DNA from: Actinomycetes bacterium
GTDB taxonomy: Bacteria; Actinomycetota; Actinomycetes; S36-B12; UBA5976
Assembly (NCBI GenBank): GCA_014190035.1
Contig: BJFU01000001.1
Location: 14,135 to 78,134, forward strand
Length of the DNA stretch: 64,000 nt
Reading direction: 5' to 3'
Part shown: positions 27,880 to 38,520 of the stretch, piece by piece
How the letters are laid out: every line of letters starts with the position of its first letter
How positions within the stretch are numbered: the first letter of the stretch is position 1
Position numbers and translations under genes: made by a program
The notes under the pieces: generated by a model
Told to the model about the DNA's origin: nothing
Database searches by the model: none
The model's input: only the letters and a program-made list of their open reading frames with translations

Positions 27880-29730
27880 ATGTGTGGAATTGTTGGATAC
27901 GTAGGTAACAAGCAAGCCCTTACCGTGGTTGTCGATGGATTGCGTCGACTTGAATATCGCGGATACGACTCAGCTGGTGTTGCTGTTGTGCAAGATCACA
28001 AACTTGAAGTTAGAAAAAAAGCAGGCAAACTTGTCAATCTAGAAACTCTTTTAGGAACTGATCCATTACCTAATTCCACCACCGGAATTGGTCACACTCG
28101 TTGGGCAACTCACGGAATTCCAAATGATGCAAATGCTCATCCGCATACTGATGTGTCTAATGAAATAGCAGTTATTCATAACGGCATTATTGAAAACTTT
28201 TCTGAATTAAGAGCAGAATTACAACTTGCAGGAGTTAAATTAAGTAGTGATACCGACACAGAAGTTGTCGCACATTTACTTAATTTTGAGTATCCAAAAT
28301 CAAACAATGATTTAGCAGAAAGCATGAGAAAAGTTGTTAGAAGATTAAGAGGTGCTTTTACTCTTGTTGCAGTTCATGCTCAGCAACCCGATGTTGTGGT
28401 TGGCGCTAGACGTAATTCACCCCTTGTGGTTGGCCGAGGAGTGGGTGAAAACTTTTTAGCCTCAGATGTTTCAGCATTTATTTCTCATACAAAAAATGCC
28501 ATTGAATTAGGACAAGATCAAGTTGTGGAACTTAGACACGACAAAATTACAATTACAGATTTTGATGGAAAGCCAGCGGTAACAAAAGAATACGTTGTTG
28601 ATTGGGATGCCAAAGCTGCAGAAAAAGGTGGCTTTGATTTATTCATGCTTAAAGAAATATTTGAACAACCAAAAGCAGTTGCCGAAACTTTAGTGGGACG
28701 TCTGGGTGAAGACGGCAAACTAATTTTGGAAGAAATGACACTTTCAATTGGTCAGATTGCCAATATTGAAAAAATAGTTTTTGTGGCTTGCGGAACTGCA
28801 TTTCATTCAGGAATGATTGGCAAATACGCCATGGAGCGTTGGACCAGAATTCCTTGCGAAGTTGAACTAGCTAGCGAATTTAGATATCGAGATCCAATTT
28901 TAAATAACAGAACTTTAGTTGTGGCAATTTCTCAAAGTGGAGAAACTATGGACACTTTGATGGCAATTCGTCACGCAAAATCTCAAGGCGCCAAAGTATT
29001 AGCAATTTGTAATACCCAAGGTGCAACTATTCCTAGAGAATCAGATGCAGTTCTTTACACCCGTGGTGGACCTGAAATTGCAGTTGCTTCCACCAAAGCA
29101 TTCTTAACCCAAGTTGTTGCCGTTGAATTATTGTCTCTTTATTTTGCAGAACTAAGACTTGATAAACCAACTGCTGAAATTAAGCAAGTAATGAATGAAC
29201 TAGCTAATATTTCTCATCAAATTGATGTTGTTCTTGACACCACAGATGCGGTAAACGAATTAGCTAAAAAGTATGTGAACGCCCAAAGTGTGTTATTTAT
29301 TGGAAGACATGTTGGATTTCCAGTTGCTCTAGAAGGTGCTTTGAAATTAAAAGAGCTTGCTTATATGCACGCAGAAGGATTTGCTGCTGGAGAATTAAAG
29401 CATGGTCCCATTGCTCTAATTGAAGATGGAATTCCAGTAGTAGTGATTGTGCCAAGCTTGAGAGAAGAAAAAGAATTACACGAAAAAGTTGTTTCAAATA
29501 TTCAAGAAGTAAGAGCAAGGGGAGCTAAAACTATTTTGATTGTTGAAGAAGGCGATGATTCAATCCTTGATTTTGCAGATCACATTATTCGCATTCCTCA
29601 AACCAGTAGTTTGCTCCAGCCCTTAGTAGCAACAGTTCCTTTACAAGTATTTTCCTGCGCACTGGCCACACTGAAAGGCCACGATGTCGACCAACCCCGT
29701 AATCTGGCTAAATCAGTAACAGTTGAATAG
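27880..29730 (+). CDS. glmS: glutamine--fructose-6-phosphate aminotransferase
   Basis: MCGIVGYVG Ntn nucleophile, two SIS domains, and a C-terminal KSVTVE. Confidence 0.97.
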   Translation: MCGIVGYVGNKQALTVVVDGLRRLEYRGYDSAGVAVVQDHKLEVRKKAGKLVNLETLLGTDPLPNSTTGIGHTRWATHGIPNDANAHPHTDVSNEIAVIHNGIIENFSELRAELQLAGVKLSSDTDTEVVAHLLNFEYPKSNNDLAESMRKVVRRLRGAFTLVAVHAQQPDVVVGARRNSPLVVGRGVGENFLASDVSAFISHTKNAIELGQDQVVELRHDKITITDFDGKPAVTKEYVVDWDAKAAEKGGFDLFMLKEIFEQPKAVAETLVGRLGEDGKLILEEMTLSIGQIANIEKIVFVACGTAFHSGMIGKYAMERWTRIPCEVELASEFRYRDPILNNRTLVVAISQSGETMDTLMAIRHAKSQGAKVLAICNTQGATIPRESDAVLYTRGGPEIAVASTKAFLTQVVAVELLSLYFAELRLDKPTAEIKQVMNELANISHQIDVVLDTTDAVNELAKKYVNAQSVLFIGRHVGFPVALEGALKLKELAYMHAEGFAAGELKHGPIALIEDGIPVVVIVPSLREEKELHEKVVSNIQEVRARGAKTILIVEEGDDSILDFADHIIRIPQTSSLLQPLVATVPLQVFSCALATLKGHDVDQPRNLAKSVTVE

Positions 29731-29746
29731 AAGGAATTAATTTCTC

Positions 29747-30118
29747 ATGATCATCGGAATTGGCGTAGATGTTGTTGATACTCCCCGTTTTCAAGGATCT
29801 TTAGTTAGAACCCCAGGTTTAAATACACGTTTGTTTACACAAAAAGAATTGAATTCTCCCGGTGGCAAAGGTGAAAATGCTGTTTCTCTAGCTGCACGAT
29901 TTGCCGCCAAAGAAGCAGTAGCAAAAGCATTAGGAGCACCAGCAGGTTTGAGTTGGCAAGATTGCGAAATACTAATTGGGGAACGTGGCAAACCTTATTT
30001 GGAATTAACTGGCACAGTTGCAGCAGAAGCAAAACGTCAAGGAATTACTAACTGGCATTTATCTTTATCTCATGATGGAAATATTGCTACAGCTTTTGTT
30101 ATTGCTGAAAAGCAATAA
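29747..30118 (+). CDS. acpS: holo-[acyl-carrier-protein] synthase
   Basis: [10 protein letters not shown]..., [12 protein letters not shown], and LSLSHDG. Confidence 0.92.
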   Translation: MIIGIGVDVVDTPRFQGSLVRTPGLNTRLFTQKELNSPGGKGENAVSLAARFAAKEAVAKALGAPAGLSWQDCEILIGERGKPYLELTGTVAAEAKRQGITNWHLSLSHDGNIATAFVIAEKQ

Positions 30119-30142
30119 CTTATTTAATTAGGTGATTCAAAA

Positions 30143-31273
30143 ATGAGTAATTTGCGCGGTGCCTATATTGACCTTGCAGCAATTCGAGAAAATATAAAAG
30201 TTTTGCAAGATTTAGCAAAGAATTCTGAAGTAATGGCTGTTGTTAAAGCAGATGCTTACGGTCATGGATTAATCCCAGTTGCCAAAGCTGCCAGACAAGG
30301 CGGTGCAACCTGGTTAGGAACAGCACTTTTAGAAGAAGCAATACATTTACGTAAATCTGGGGATAAGGGAAGAATCTTAACTTGGTTAGGTTCACCTAAA
30401 GATAATTGGCAAGAGTGTATTGATTTAGATATAGATGTTTCTGTTTCCTCAATTGAAATTGCTTCAGCAATTATTGGTGCTGCTAAGAAATCTGGAAAAT
30501 CCGCAAATGTACACATCAAAGTAGACACAGGTTTAGGCCGAAATGGTGTTATGCCAAATGATTTAGCTGATTTAACAAAAGTACTTGAAGAAGCAAAAGC
30601 AGCAGGACAAATTAATGTGGTTGCCGTTTGGACCCATTTTGCTCTAGCGGATGCTCCAAGTAGTCCAACTATTGCTAAACAATTAGAAGTATTAGATCAA
30701 AGTTTCAAGTTTGTTGAATCTAGAGGATTTAAGAATTTAATGAAGCATGCAGCAAACAGTGCTGCCACCCTGACTGCACCCAATGCTCACTTTGATTTAG
30801 TCAGACCTGGAATTGCAGTTTATGGAATTACTCCTGGTGGAGAAGTTGGCAAAGCAAGTGAATATGGATTAAGACCAGCAATGAGTTTGAAAGCAAATGC
30901 TGCATTGGTAAAAGAAGTTCCTGCAGGACACGGAATTTCTTACGGTGCTGAATATGTTACAAAAACTGATACCAAGATTGCTTTGATTCCACTGGGTTAT
31001 GCAGATGGAGTTCCAAGAATTGCTGGTAACAAAGGACCGGTTATTGCAAAAGGTAAAAAATTTAGTGTGGCAGGAAGAGTATGTATGGATCAATTTGTAA
31101 TTGATATTGGGGATCTAGATTTCGCCACCGGAGATGAAGTTGTTTTATTTGGAGATCCTGCAAAGAATGAACCAGATGTTGAAGAATGGGCCAAAGCTTC
31201 CCAAAGTATTGGATATGAAATTGTAACAAGACTTGGGCCAAGAGTTCCTCGTATCTATTTAAACGAAATTTAA
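30143..31273 (+). CDS. alr: alanine racemase
   Basis: PLP-lysine motif AVVKADAYGHG and a C-terminal beta-domain profile. Confidence 0.93.
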   Translation: MSNLRGAYIDLAAIRENIKVLQDLAKNSEVMAVVKADAYGHGLIPVAKAARQGGATWLGTALLEEAIHLRKSGDKGRILTWLGSPKDNWQECIDLDIDVSVSSIEIASAIIGAAKKSGKSANVHIKVDTGLGRNGVMPNDLADLTKVLEEAKAAGQINVVAVWTHFALADAPSSPTIAKQLEVLDQSFKFVESRGFKNLMKHAANSAATLTAPNAHFDLVRPGIAVYGITPGGEVGKASEYGLRPAMSLKANAALVKEVPAGHGISYGAEYVTKTDTKIALIPLGYADGVPRIAGNKGPVIAKGKKFSVAGRVCMDQFVIDIGDLDFATGDEVVLFGDPAKNEPDVEEWAKASQSIGYEIVTRLGPRVPRIYLNEI

Positions 31274-31286
31274 GAATCTCTTCTTT

Positions 31287-31742
31287 ATGACACTAAACAT
31301 CATCACCTCAAATGCTGAAGAAACAAAAGCCTTAGGCAAAAAACTAGGTAGTCTTCTAAAAGCTGGTGATTGTGTTTTATTAGATGGTGAACTTGGTGCT
31401 GGAAAAACTACTTTTACTCAAGGATTAGCCAGTGCTTTGAAAATAAAAGGTGATGTAACAAGTCCAACCTTTGTGATTGCGCGAGAGCATAAATCTTTAA
31501 CAGATGGGCCCAATCTTGTTCATGTTGATGCATATAGATTGAGTACGTTGGCCGAAATTTCACATCTTGATTTAGTCACCGATATCGAAAAAGCAATTCT
31601 AGTTGTGGAATGGGGTAAAGGTTTAGTGAACGATTTAGTTGCTGAACCAATTCACATTAAAATAGATCACGATAATATTGATGAAAATAAAAGAGAATTT
31701 ATAATTAATGCCCCTGAATTAATTATTAAAGGACTTTCATGA
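31287..31742 (+). CDS. tsaE: tRNA t6A37 biosynthesis ATPase TsaE
   Basis: Walker A GELGAGKTTF, SPTF, and HVDAYR. Confidence 0.9.
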   Translation: MTLNIITSNAEETKALGKKLGSLLKAGDCVLLDGELGAGKTTFTQGLASALKIKGDVTSPTFVIAREHKSLTDGPNLVHVDAYRLSTLAEISHLDLVTDIEKAILVVEWGKGLVNDLVAEPIHIKIDHDNIDENKREFIINAPELIIKGLS

Positions 31743-32416
31743 AAGGTCCTACCAACATATTGGCAATTGATACCTCCACCAACAGAATTGCTGTAGCACT
31801 ATTGCAATTTGGAAAACCACCAGTGGTAGCCATTAAAGATGATGGACTTCGTCACGCTGAATACGCAGCAGATCTAATTAAGCAAGTAATTAAAGATTCT
31901 GGGCTGATGATGCAAGAGCTTGGCGGAATTGTTTGTGGAATTGGACCAGGTCCTTTTACTGGTTTACGAGTTGGAATTGTCAGTGCTCAAAGTATTGGTT
32001 ATGCATTGAATATTCCAGTTTTTGGAATTTGTAGCCATGACGCAATTGCCTTTGAATATGCTCAAAAGAATCCTAATCAAGATGTAACAGTAATTACAGA
32101 TGCCAGAAGAAAAGAAGTTTATTGGACTAGATATCAAGGAATTAAGAGAATAACTACTCCTATTGTTTCTAAGTTAGAAGAAGTATCAAATAAAGGTGTG
32201 AAATTATTACACCAACCGCTAGATCCAGTTTCCTTAGCAAATGTAGCAATTGAAGCAATGAATAGAACTGAAAAAAGAGTAGAAATTAAATCTTTTGCCA
32301 CAGATTCAGCACAAGGAGATGGTGCTGTTGTGGCACTACCAAATCAAGTATTACTACCACCGATTCCTTTGTATTTGAGAAAACCCGATGCCTTAACTTT
32401 GGCAGAACGCGCATGA
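31739..32416 (+). CDS. tsaB: tRNA t6A37 biosynthesis protein TsaB
   Basis: ILAIDTST..., GPGPFTGLRVG; ATGA overlap with tsaE. Confidence 0.9.
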   Translation: MKGPTNILAIDTSTNRIAVALLQFGKPPVVAIKDDGLRHAEYAADLIKQVIKDSGLMMQELGGIVCGIGPGPFTGLRVGIVSAQSIGYALNIPVFGICSHDAIAFEYAQKNPNQDVTVITDARRKEVYWTRYQGIKRITTPIVSKLEEVSNKGVKLLHQPLDPVSLANVAIEAMNRTEKRVEIKSFATDSAQGDGAVVALPNQVLLPPIPLYLRKPDALTLAERA

Positions 32417-32865
32417 CTCTAAATTTGACAGAATTTTCTTGGTGGCATGTTGTAAAAGCTCATGAATTAGATAAGCAAGCTTTCAATGCCACAGCTTGGT
32501 CTTTATCAACATTTTGGTCTGAATTAACTCAAAGAAATAGATATTACTTAGCTTTAGTTGATGAGAAGAAAGAAATTATGGGATTTGGTGGCGTTGCATT
32601 CAATGGGGCAGATGCCGATATCCAAACAATGGTAATTAAACCTGAATTCCAGAAAAAAGGTTATGGCAAACAACTACTAGATGCACTACTAGAAAAAGTT
32701 CATGAAAATAATTCAAAAAGAGTTTTCTTAGAAGTAATAGCAGAAAATAAGCCAGCAATTTCTTTGTACTTATCTAGAAAATTTGAGCAAATCGCTAAAA
32801 GATCTAATTACTATCCAGACGGATCTGATGCGGTAATCATGCAACTTGATTTGAGAAGCAAATGA
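32413..32865 (+). CDS. rimI: ribosomal-protein-alanine N-acetyltransferase
   Basis: GNAT motif ([14 protein letters not shown]). Sits between tsaB and tsaD. Confidence 0.85.
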   Translation: MTLNLTEFSWWHVVKAHELDKQAFNATAWSLSTFWSELTQRNRYYLALVDEKKEIMGFGGVAFNGADADIQTMVIKPEFQKKGYGKQLLDALLEKVHENNSKRVFLEVIAENKPAISLYLSRKFEQIAKRSNYYPDGSDAVIMQLDLRSK

Positions 32866-33908
32866 CAAATCCATTAATTTTAGGTATTGAGACTTCTTGT
32901 GATGAAACAGGAATTGGCATTGTTAGAGGTACAGAATTATTAGCTGACACTTTGGCTTCTTCTGTGGAAGAACAAGCAAGATTTGGTGGCGTAGTTCCCG
33001 AAGTTGCATCAAGAGCACATGTGGAAGCAATGATTCCAACGATTAAGAAATCAGTAACTGCTGCAGGAATAAGTATTAATCAAATTGATGCCATTGCTGT
33101 AACTAGTGGACCAGGTTTAGCAGGTGCATTAGTTGTAGGAGTAGCCGCCGCAAAAGCCTTAGCAGTTGCATTAAATAAACCAATTTATGGAGTTAATCAT
33201 TTAGCATCACATGTTGCAGTTGACACTTTAGAAAATGGAAAACTTCCTGAACCAACATTGGCTTTATTAGTAAGTGGTGGACATTCCTCTCTTTTGAAGG
33301 TAAATAACATTACTTATCAAATTGAATCTCTAGGTAAAACTCTTGACGATGCAGCCGGAGAAGCTTTTGACAAAGTAGCTCGAGTGCTTGGTTTACCATT
33401 TCCAGGAGGTCCTTGGATTGATAAGGCTGCTAAAGATGGCGATGCTTTAAGAATTGATTTTCCTAAAGGATTAATGAGTAAAGAAGATTTAGTCGATCAC
33501 ACCTTTGATTTCTCATTCTCTGGATTAAAAACAGCAGTTGCCAGATGGGTGCAAGCGTGGGAAAAAACAGGAGAGAAAATTCCGGTTAACGATGTTGCAG
33601 CATCTTTTCAAGAAGCTGTTGTTGAAGTATTAGTAAAGAAAACTTTATTGGCTGCAAAACAAACTGGGATTGATACTGTAGTTATTGGTGGTGGAGTTGC
33701 TGCTAATTCAAGATTAAGAAGTATGGCTGTAAGTGAAGCAGAAAAAGTGGGCGTAACAATAAGAATTCCTCGCCCAGGTCTTTGCACAGATAACGGAGCC
33801 ATGGTTGCAGCATTAGGTTCACATTTATTTAGTGCCGGAATTGAGCCAAGTGAACTCAACTTTGAAGTAGATCCAATCTTTCCCATCACCCAGGTTAAAG
33901 CTCCTTAA
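32862..33908 (+). CDS. tsaD: tRNA N6-adenosine threonylcarbamoyltransferase
   Basis: [18 protein letters not shown], and SGGHS motifs. Confidence 0.95.
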   Translation: MTNPLILGIETSCDETGIGIVRGTELLADTLASSVEEQARFGGVVPEVASRAHVEAMIPTIKKSVTAAGISINQIDAIAVTSGPGLAGALVVGVAAAKALAVALNKPIYGVNHLASHVAVDTLENGKLPEPTLALLVSGGHSSLLKVNNITYQIESLGKTLDDAAGEAFDKVARVLGLPFPGGPWIDKAAKDGDALRIDFPKGLMSKEDLVDHTFDFSFSGLKTAVARWVQAWEKTGEKIPVNDVAASFQEAVVEVLVKKTLLAAKQTGIDTVVIGGGVAANSRLRSMAVSEAEKVGVTIRIPRPGLCTDNGAMVAALGSHLFSAGIEPSELNFEVDPIFPITQVKAP

Positions 33909-33931
33909 ATTCCTCGAGAGTTCACCAGAAT

Positions 33932-33958
33932 CTGGCACTCAACTTGAGAGAGTGCTAA
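33932..33958. promoter_or_regulatory. CIRCE operator (HrcA binding site) upstream of groES
   Basis: CTGGCACTC-N9-GAGTGCTAA, versus the consensus TTAGCACTC-N9-GAGTGCTAA. Confidence 0.85.
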
Positions 33959-34052
33959 GGCCTTGGTAAGTTGGGACTTAAGTCTTTCCTAGCTTTTAAG
34001 AAGTTGGGTTAGAAAAAATTCCGAGTAAATATCCCATGAAGGGGAGTAGACC

Positions 34053-34352
34053 GTGGCGGTCCAAATTAAACCACTCGAGGATCGAATCCTCGTTGAAGTA
34101 CTAGACGCTGAAACAAAAACTGCGTCAGGCTTAGTAATTCCAGATACTGCAAAAGAAAAACCACAAGAAGGAAAAGTTATTGCAGTTGGTCCAGGTCGTT
34201 TTGACGAAGATGGCGAAAAACGAATTCCTATGGATATCAAAACTGGTGACACCGTAGTTTTCTCAAAATACGGCGGAACTGAAGTTAGCTACGACGGCAA
34301 AGATTATTTGTTGTTATCAGCTCGCGACGTGCTCGCAATCGTTTCAAAATAA
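34053..34352 (+). CDS. groES: co-chaperonin GroES
   Basis: [40 protein letters not shown]; GTG start. Confidence 0.97.
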   Translation: MAVQIKPLEDRILVEVLDAETKTASGLVIPDTAKEKPQEGKVIAVGPGRFDEDGEKRIPMDIKTGDTVVFSKYGGTEVSYDGKDYLLLSARDVLAIVSK

Positions 34353-34371
34353 GAAACCCCAATTATTAAAA

Positions 34372-34399
34372 GCTCCGGAAAAAGAACTTTTTCCGGAGC
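34372..34399 (+). other. perfect 12-bp stem-loop in the groES-groEL spacer
   Basis: GCTCCGGAAAAA-GAAC-TTTTTCCGGAGC, with no trailing U-run. Confidence 0.6.
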
Positions 34400-34431
34400 A
34401 AATAAAAGTTAAATAGCTGAAGAGGAAATAA

Positions 34432-36066
<1,635 letters not shown>

Positions 36067-36083
36067 ATAATTTAAATTAACTT

Positions 36084-36121
36084 AAGAGGCGTTCAATTAA
36101 TTTGAACGCCTCTTATTTTTT
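36084..36121. terminator. bidirectional rho-independent terminator shared by groEL and copC
   Basis: AAGAGGCGTTCAA-TTAAT-TTGAACGCCTCTT followed by ATTTTTT, with an A/T-rich stretch on the other side. It overlaps the copC stop codon. Confidence 0.8.
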
Positions 36122-36625
36122 ACGCATCTTCAAAAAGAAAGTAATAGCAATTCCAATTGAGGCACCAAGTGCTAACCACTGCAACCAACTGATACTTGAT
36201 GAATTTTCTTCAACAGGTGCACTAATTGCAACGGGTTCTTCCATGGTTGTTACTTCTGGTGTTGCCTCACCTCTTGCTTCGGCAAGTTTGTAAACAGTTT
36301 CGCCATCTAATGGGTGTCCATCAGCAGCTACCGTTTTCCAAGAAATTGTCACATCAGGTCCAACAAGATCAGCAGGAATTGCTACATAAACATCTGCTGC
36401 TTCAACTCTGACAGTTGTTTCAACTGAACCTGCAGCCGTTGTGATTGAGGCAAAAGTTCCTTCAGCAATAACTGATTCACCAAAAGTCAATTTGACTTCA
36501 GAAGGCAAAGTCAACATCGCTTGATCTGTTGATGGTTCAACAGAAACTAGTTCAGTGTGTGCTTGTGCAGGATTTAAATTTAAAAGTGCAATAAATAGAG
36601 AAATAAATAATATTTTGATTTTCAT
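36113..36625 (-). CDS. copC: CopC-domain copper-binding protein with signal peptide and C-terminal TM anchor
   Basis: The signal peptide ends ...PAQA, then HTELVSVEPSTDQAMLTLPSEVKLTFGESV (CopC N-terminal His motif). C-terminal helix WLQWLALGASIGIAITFFL. Confidence 0.78.
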   Translation of the reverse strand: MKIKILFISLFIALLNLNPAQAHTELVSVEPSTDQAMLTLPSEVKLTFGESVIAEGTFASITTAAGSVETTVRVEAADVYVAIPADLVGPDVTISWKTVAADGHPLDGETVYKLAEARGEATPEVTTMEEPVAISAPVEENSSSISWLQWLALGASIGIAITFFLKMRKK

Positions 36626-36626
36626 T

Positions 36627-37442
36627 TTATCTTGTCCTTAATATTAGGAATTGGAAGCGGCCTTCCATAAAATATGTTTTGCTGTACATAAGTGGTTCTC
36701 CATCACCAGCGTAATGGACCTGTTGTAGAAGTAGAAACAAATCATTTGCTGGTCTTTCGTTCCCCCATCCAATTTCCTTACTAATCACTGCATCAACTTC
36801 TGCAAGTGCTCTAATCGGACGAGAATTAATTGTGTCAAGAGAAGCAAAAACACTTCCTCTTTTCATTTCTTCTACAACTTCTTCTGGAAGTGAACTTATG
36901 TTGATTGTGTCATAAGAAAACGCCACCGCTTTACCATCGGCTAGCACCGCTCTTTCTAAATACAAAACTGGATCAGCACGATCAAGTCCTAATTTATCAA
37001 TTTCTATTTCTGTTGCAGGTCTGATGGCTGCAACTTTGTATTCCATACCTGGTTCATAACCCAATTCACTAATTGTTTCTGACATGGAACGAAGTTCATT
37101 TAATCCAGTAGGAATTGATCGACCAAAATTATTAACATAAGTTCCAGAACCATGTCGAATATCAACTAAACCTTGGTATTCCAAAGTTTTTAAAGCAGTT
37201 CGAACTGTAACTCGAGAAACTTTGTAGGTGGTGGATAGCTCTGATTCACTATGGATTTTCTCTCCCGGAGCCCACTCTTTGGCCAAGATCCTTCTGCGGA
37301 TGTCATCGCTGATTCGACGAGTCAGGCTGGCTCGACCGCCAAACTGATTAGCCGGAGTGTTCACCGTGTGCTCACATTTCTTTTTCGTAACAGTTCTTCT
37401 AGGGGAGTTGACAAGCAAGACAATATCTAAGAGGCTATTCAA
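36627..37442 (-). CDS. GntR family transcriptional regulator, HutC subfamily (winged HTH plus UTRA effector domain)
   Basis: ESELSTTYKVSRVTVRTALKTLEYQGLVDIRHGSGTYV, followed by a UTRA-like C-terminal half. The start is ATG 37442 or GTG 37364. Confidence 0.85.
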   Translation of the reverse strand: MNSLLDIVLLVNSPRRTVTKKKCEHTVNTPANQFGGRASLTRRISDDIRRRILAKEWAPGEKIHSESELSTTYKVSRVTVRTALKTLEYQGLVDIRHGSGTYVNNFGRSIPTGLNELRSMSETISELGYEPGMEYKVAAIRPATEIEIDKLGLDRADPVLYLERAVLADGKAVAFSYDTINISSLPEEVVEEMKRGSVFASLDTINSRPIRALAEVDAVISKEIGWGNERPANDLFLLLQQVHYAGDGEPLMYSKTYFMEGRFQFLILRTR

Positions 37443-37445
37443 GAC

Positions 37446-37462
37446 TAGTTGTAGGACAACTA
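37446..37462. promoter_or_regulatory. 17-bp perfect palindrome, candidate GntR operator (site 1)
   Basis: TAGTTGTAGGACAACTA lies between gntR and mtnA. A 16-nt core, TTGTAGGACAACTATT, recurs at 48893..48908 on the minus strand. Confidence 0.6.
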
Positions 37463-37485
37463 TTGACTAACAATTAAGGGGCAGT

Positions 37486-38520
37486 TTGATGAGTGAAATC
37501 CGAGCCATTTCCTGGGTTAATGACGGGCTCATACTTATTGATCAAACTAAATTGCCTCATCAAGAAATCAATTTGAAAATTGAAACTGTAGATCAACTTG
37601 TTGACGCCATTATGAAATTAGCTGTGCGAGGAGCTCCAGCATTGGGAGCAGCAGGTGCATGGGGTGTAGTTGTGGCAATGCGCCAAGCAGAAAAAGAAAA
37701 GTGGAGTGAGCAAAAACGATCCGATGAATTTTTAAGAATTAGAAATGCCAGACCAACTGCAGTCAATTTAGCCTGGGGAGTGGACAAAGTTTTGCCATTT
37801 GTGGCGCAAGGAGTTAATGAAGTTTTAGCTCAAGCAAACAAAATTGCTTTAGAGGATGAAGCCGGCAATAGGCAAATGGGAAAGTTTGGTTCTAGTTGGA
37901 TTGAATCGAAAGTTAAAAATAGACCAATCAGAGCACTTACACATTGCAACACCGGATCTTTGGCAACAACTACTTGGGGTACAGCACTTGGTGTAATAAG
38001 AGAAATGAATTCTCGAGGAATTTTAAAACACGTGTTTGCAGATGAAACAAGACCATTATTACAGGGTGGTCGTTTAACAGCTTGGGAACTTGCGCATGAC
38101 AATATTGAACATTTTGTAATTGCAGACGGTGCTGCAACAAGCATTATTGCTCGCGGTGAAGTTGATGTGGCCCTTATTGGTGCAGACAGAGTTGCGGCAA
38201 ACGGTGATACTGCAAATAAAATTGGTTCATTTGCTGTTGCTCTAGCTTGTAAGTACGCAGGAATTCCTTTTGTTGTTGTTGCACCTGAATCAACAGTTGA
38301 TGTATCAACATTGACTGGAAAAGATATTGAAATTGAATATCGTGATGAAAATGAAATTCTTAGTTTAAATGGGCAAAGAATTTCTCCTGCAAAATCAAAA
38401 GGTTTAAATCCTGCATTTGATGTAACTCCAGCAGAATTGATATCTGCATTAGTTACCGAAAAAGGCGTTTATGAAATTTCAAATGGAGTAACGCCCGGTT
38501 CAATGTTAGCGAAAGCCTAA
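37486..38520 (+). CDS. mtnA: S-methyl-5-thioribose-1-phosphate isomerase family (MtnA/DrdI-like)
   Basis: LIDQTKLPH, VRGAPALG, ARPTAVNL, HCNTG (catalytic Cys), GADRVAANGDTANKIG (catalytic Asp) and NPAFDVTP. Confidence 0.9.
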   Translation: MMSEIRAISWVNDGLILIDQTKLPHQEINLKIETVDQLVDAIMKLAVRGAPALGAAGAWGVVVAMRQAEKEKWSEQKRSDEFLRIRNARPTAVNLAWGVDKVLPFVAQGVNEVLAQANKIALEDEAGNRQMGKFGSSWIESKVKNRPIRALTHCNTGSLATTTWGTALGVIREMNSRGILKHVFADETRPLLQGGRLTAWELAHDNIEHFVIADGAATSIIARGEVDVALIGADRVAANGDTANKIGSFAVALACKYAGIPFVVVAPESTVDVSTLTGKDIEIEYRDENEILSLNGQRISPAKSKGLNPAFDVTPAELISALVTEKGVYEISNGVTPGSMLAKA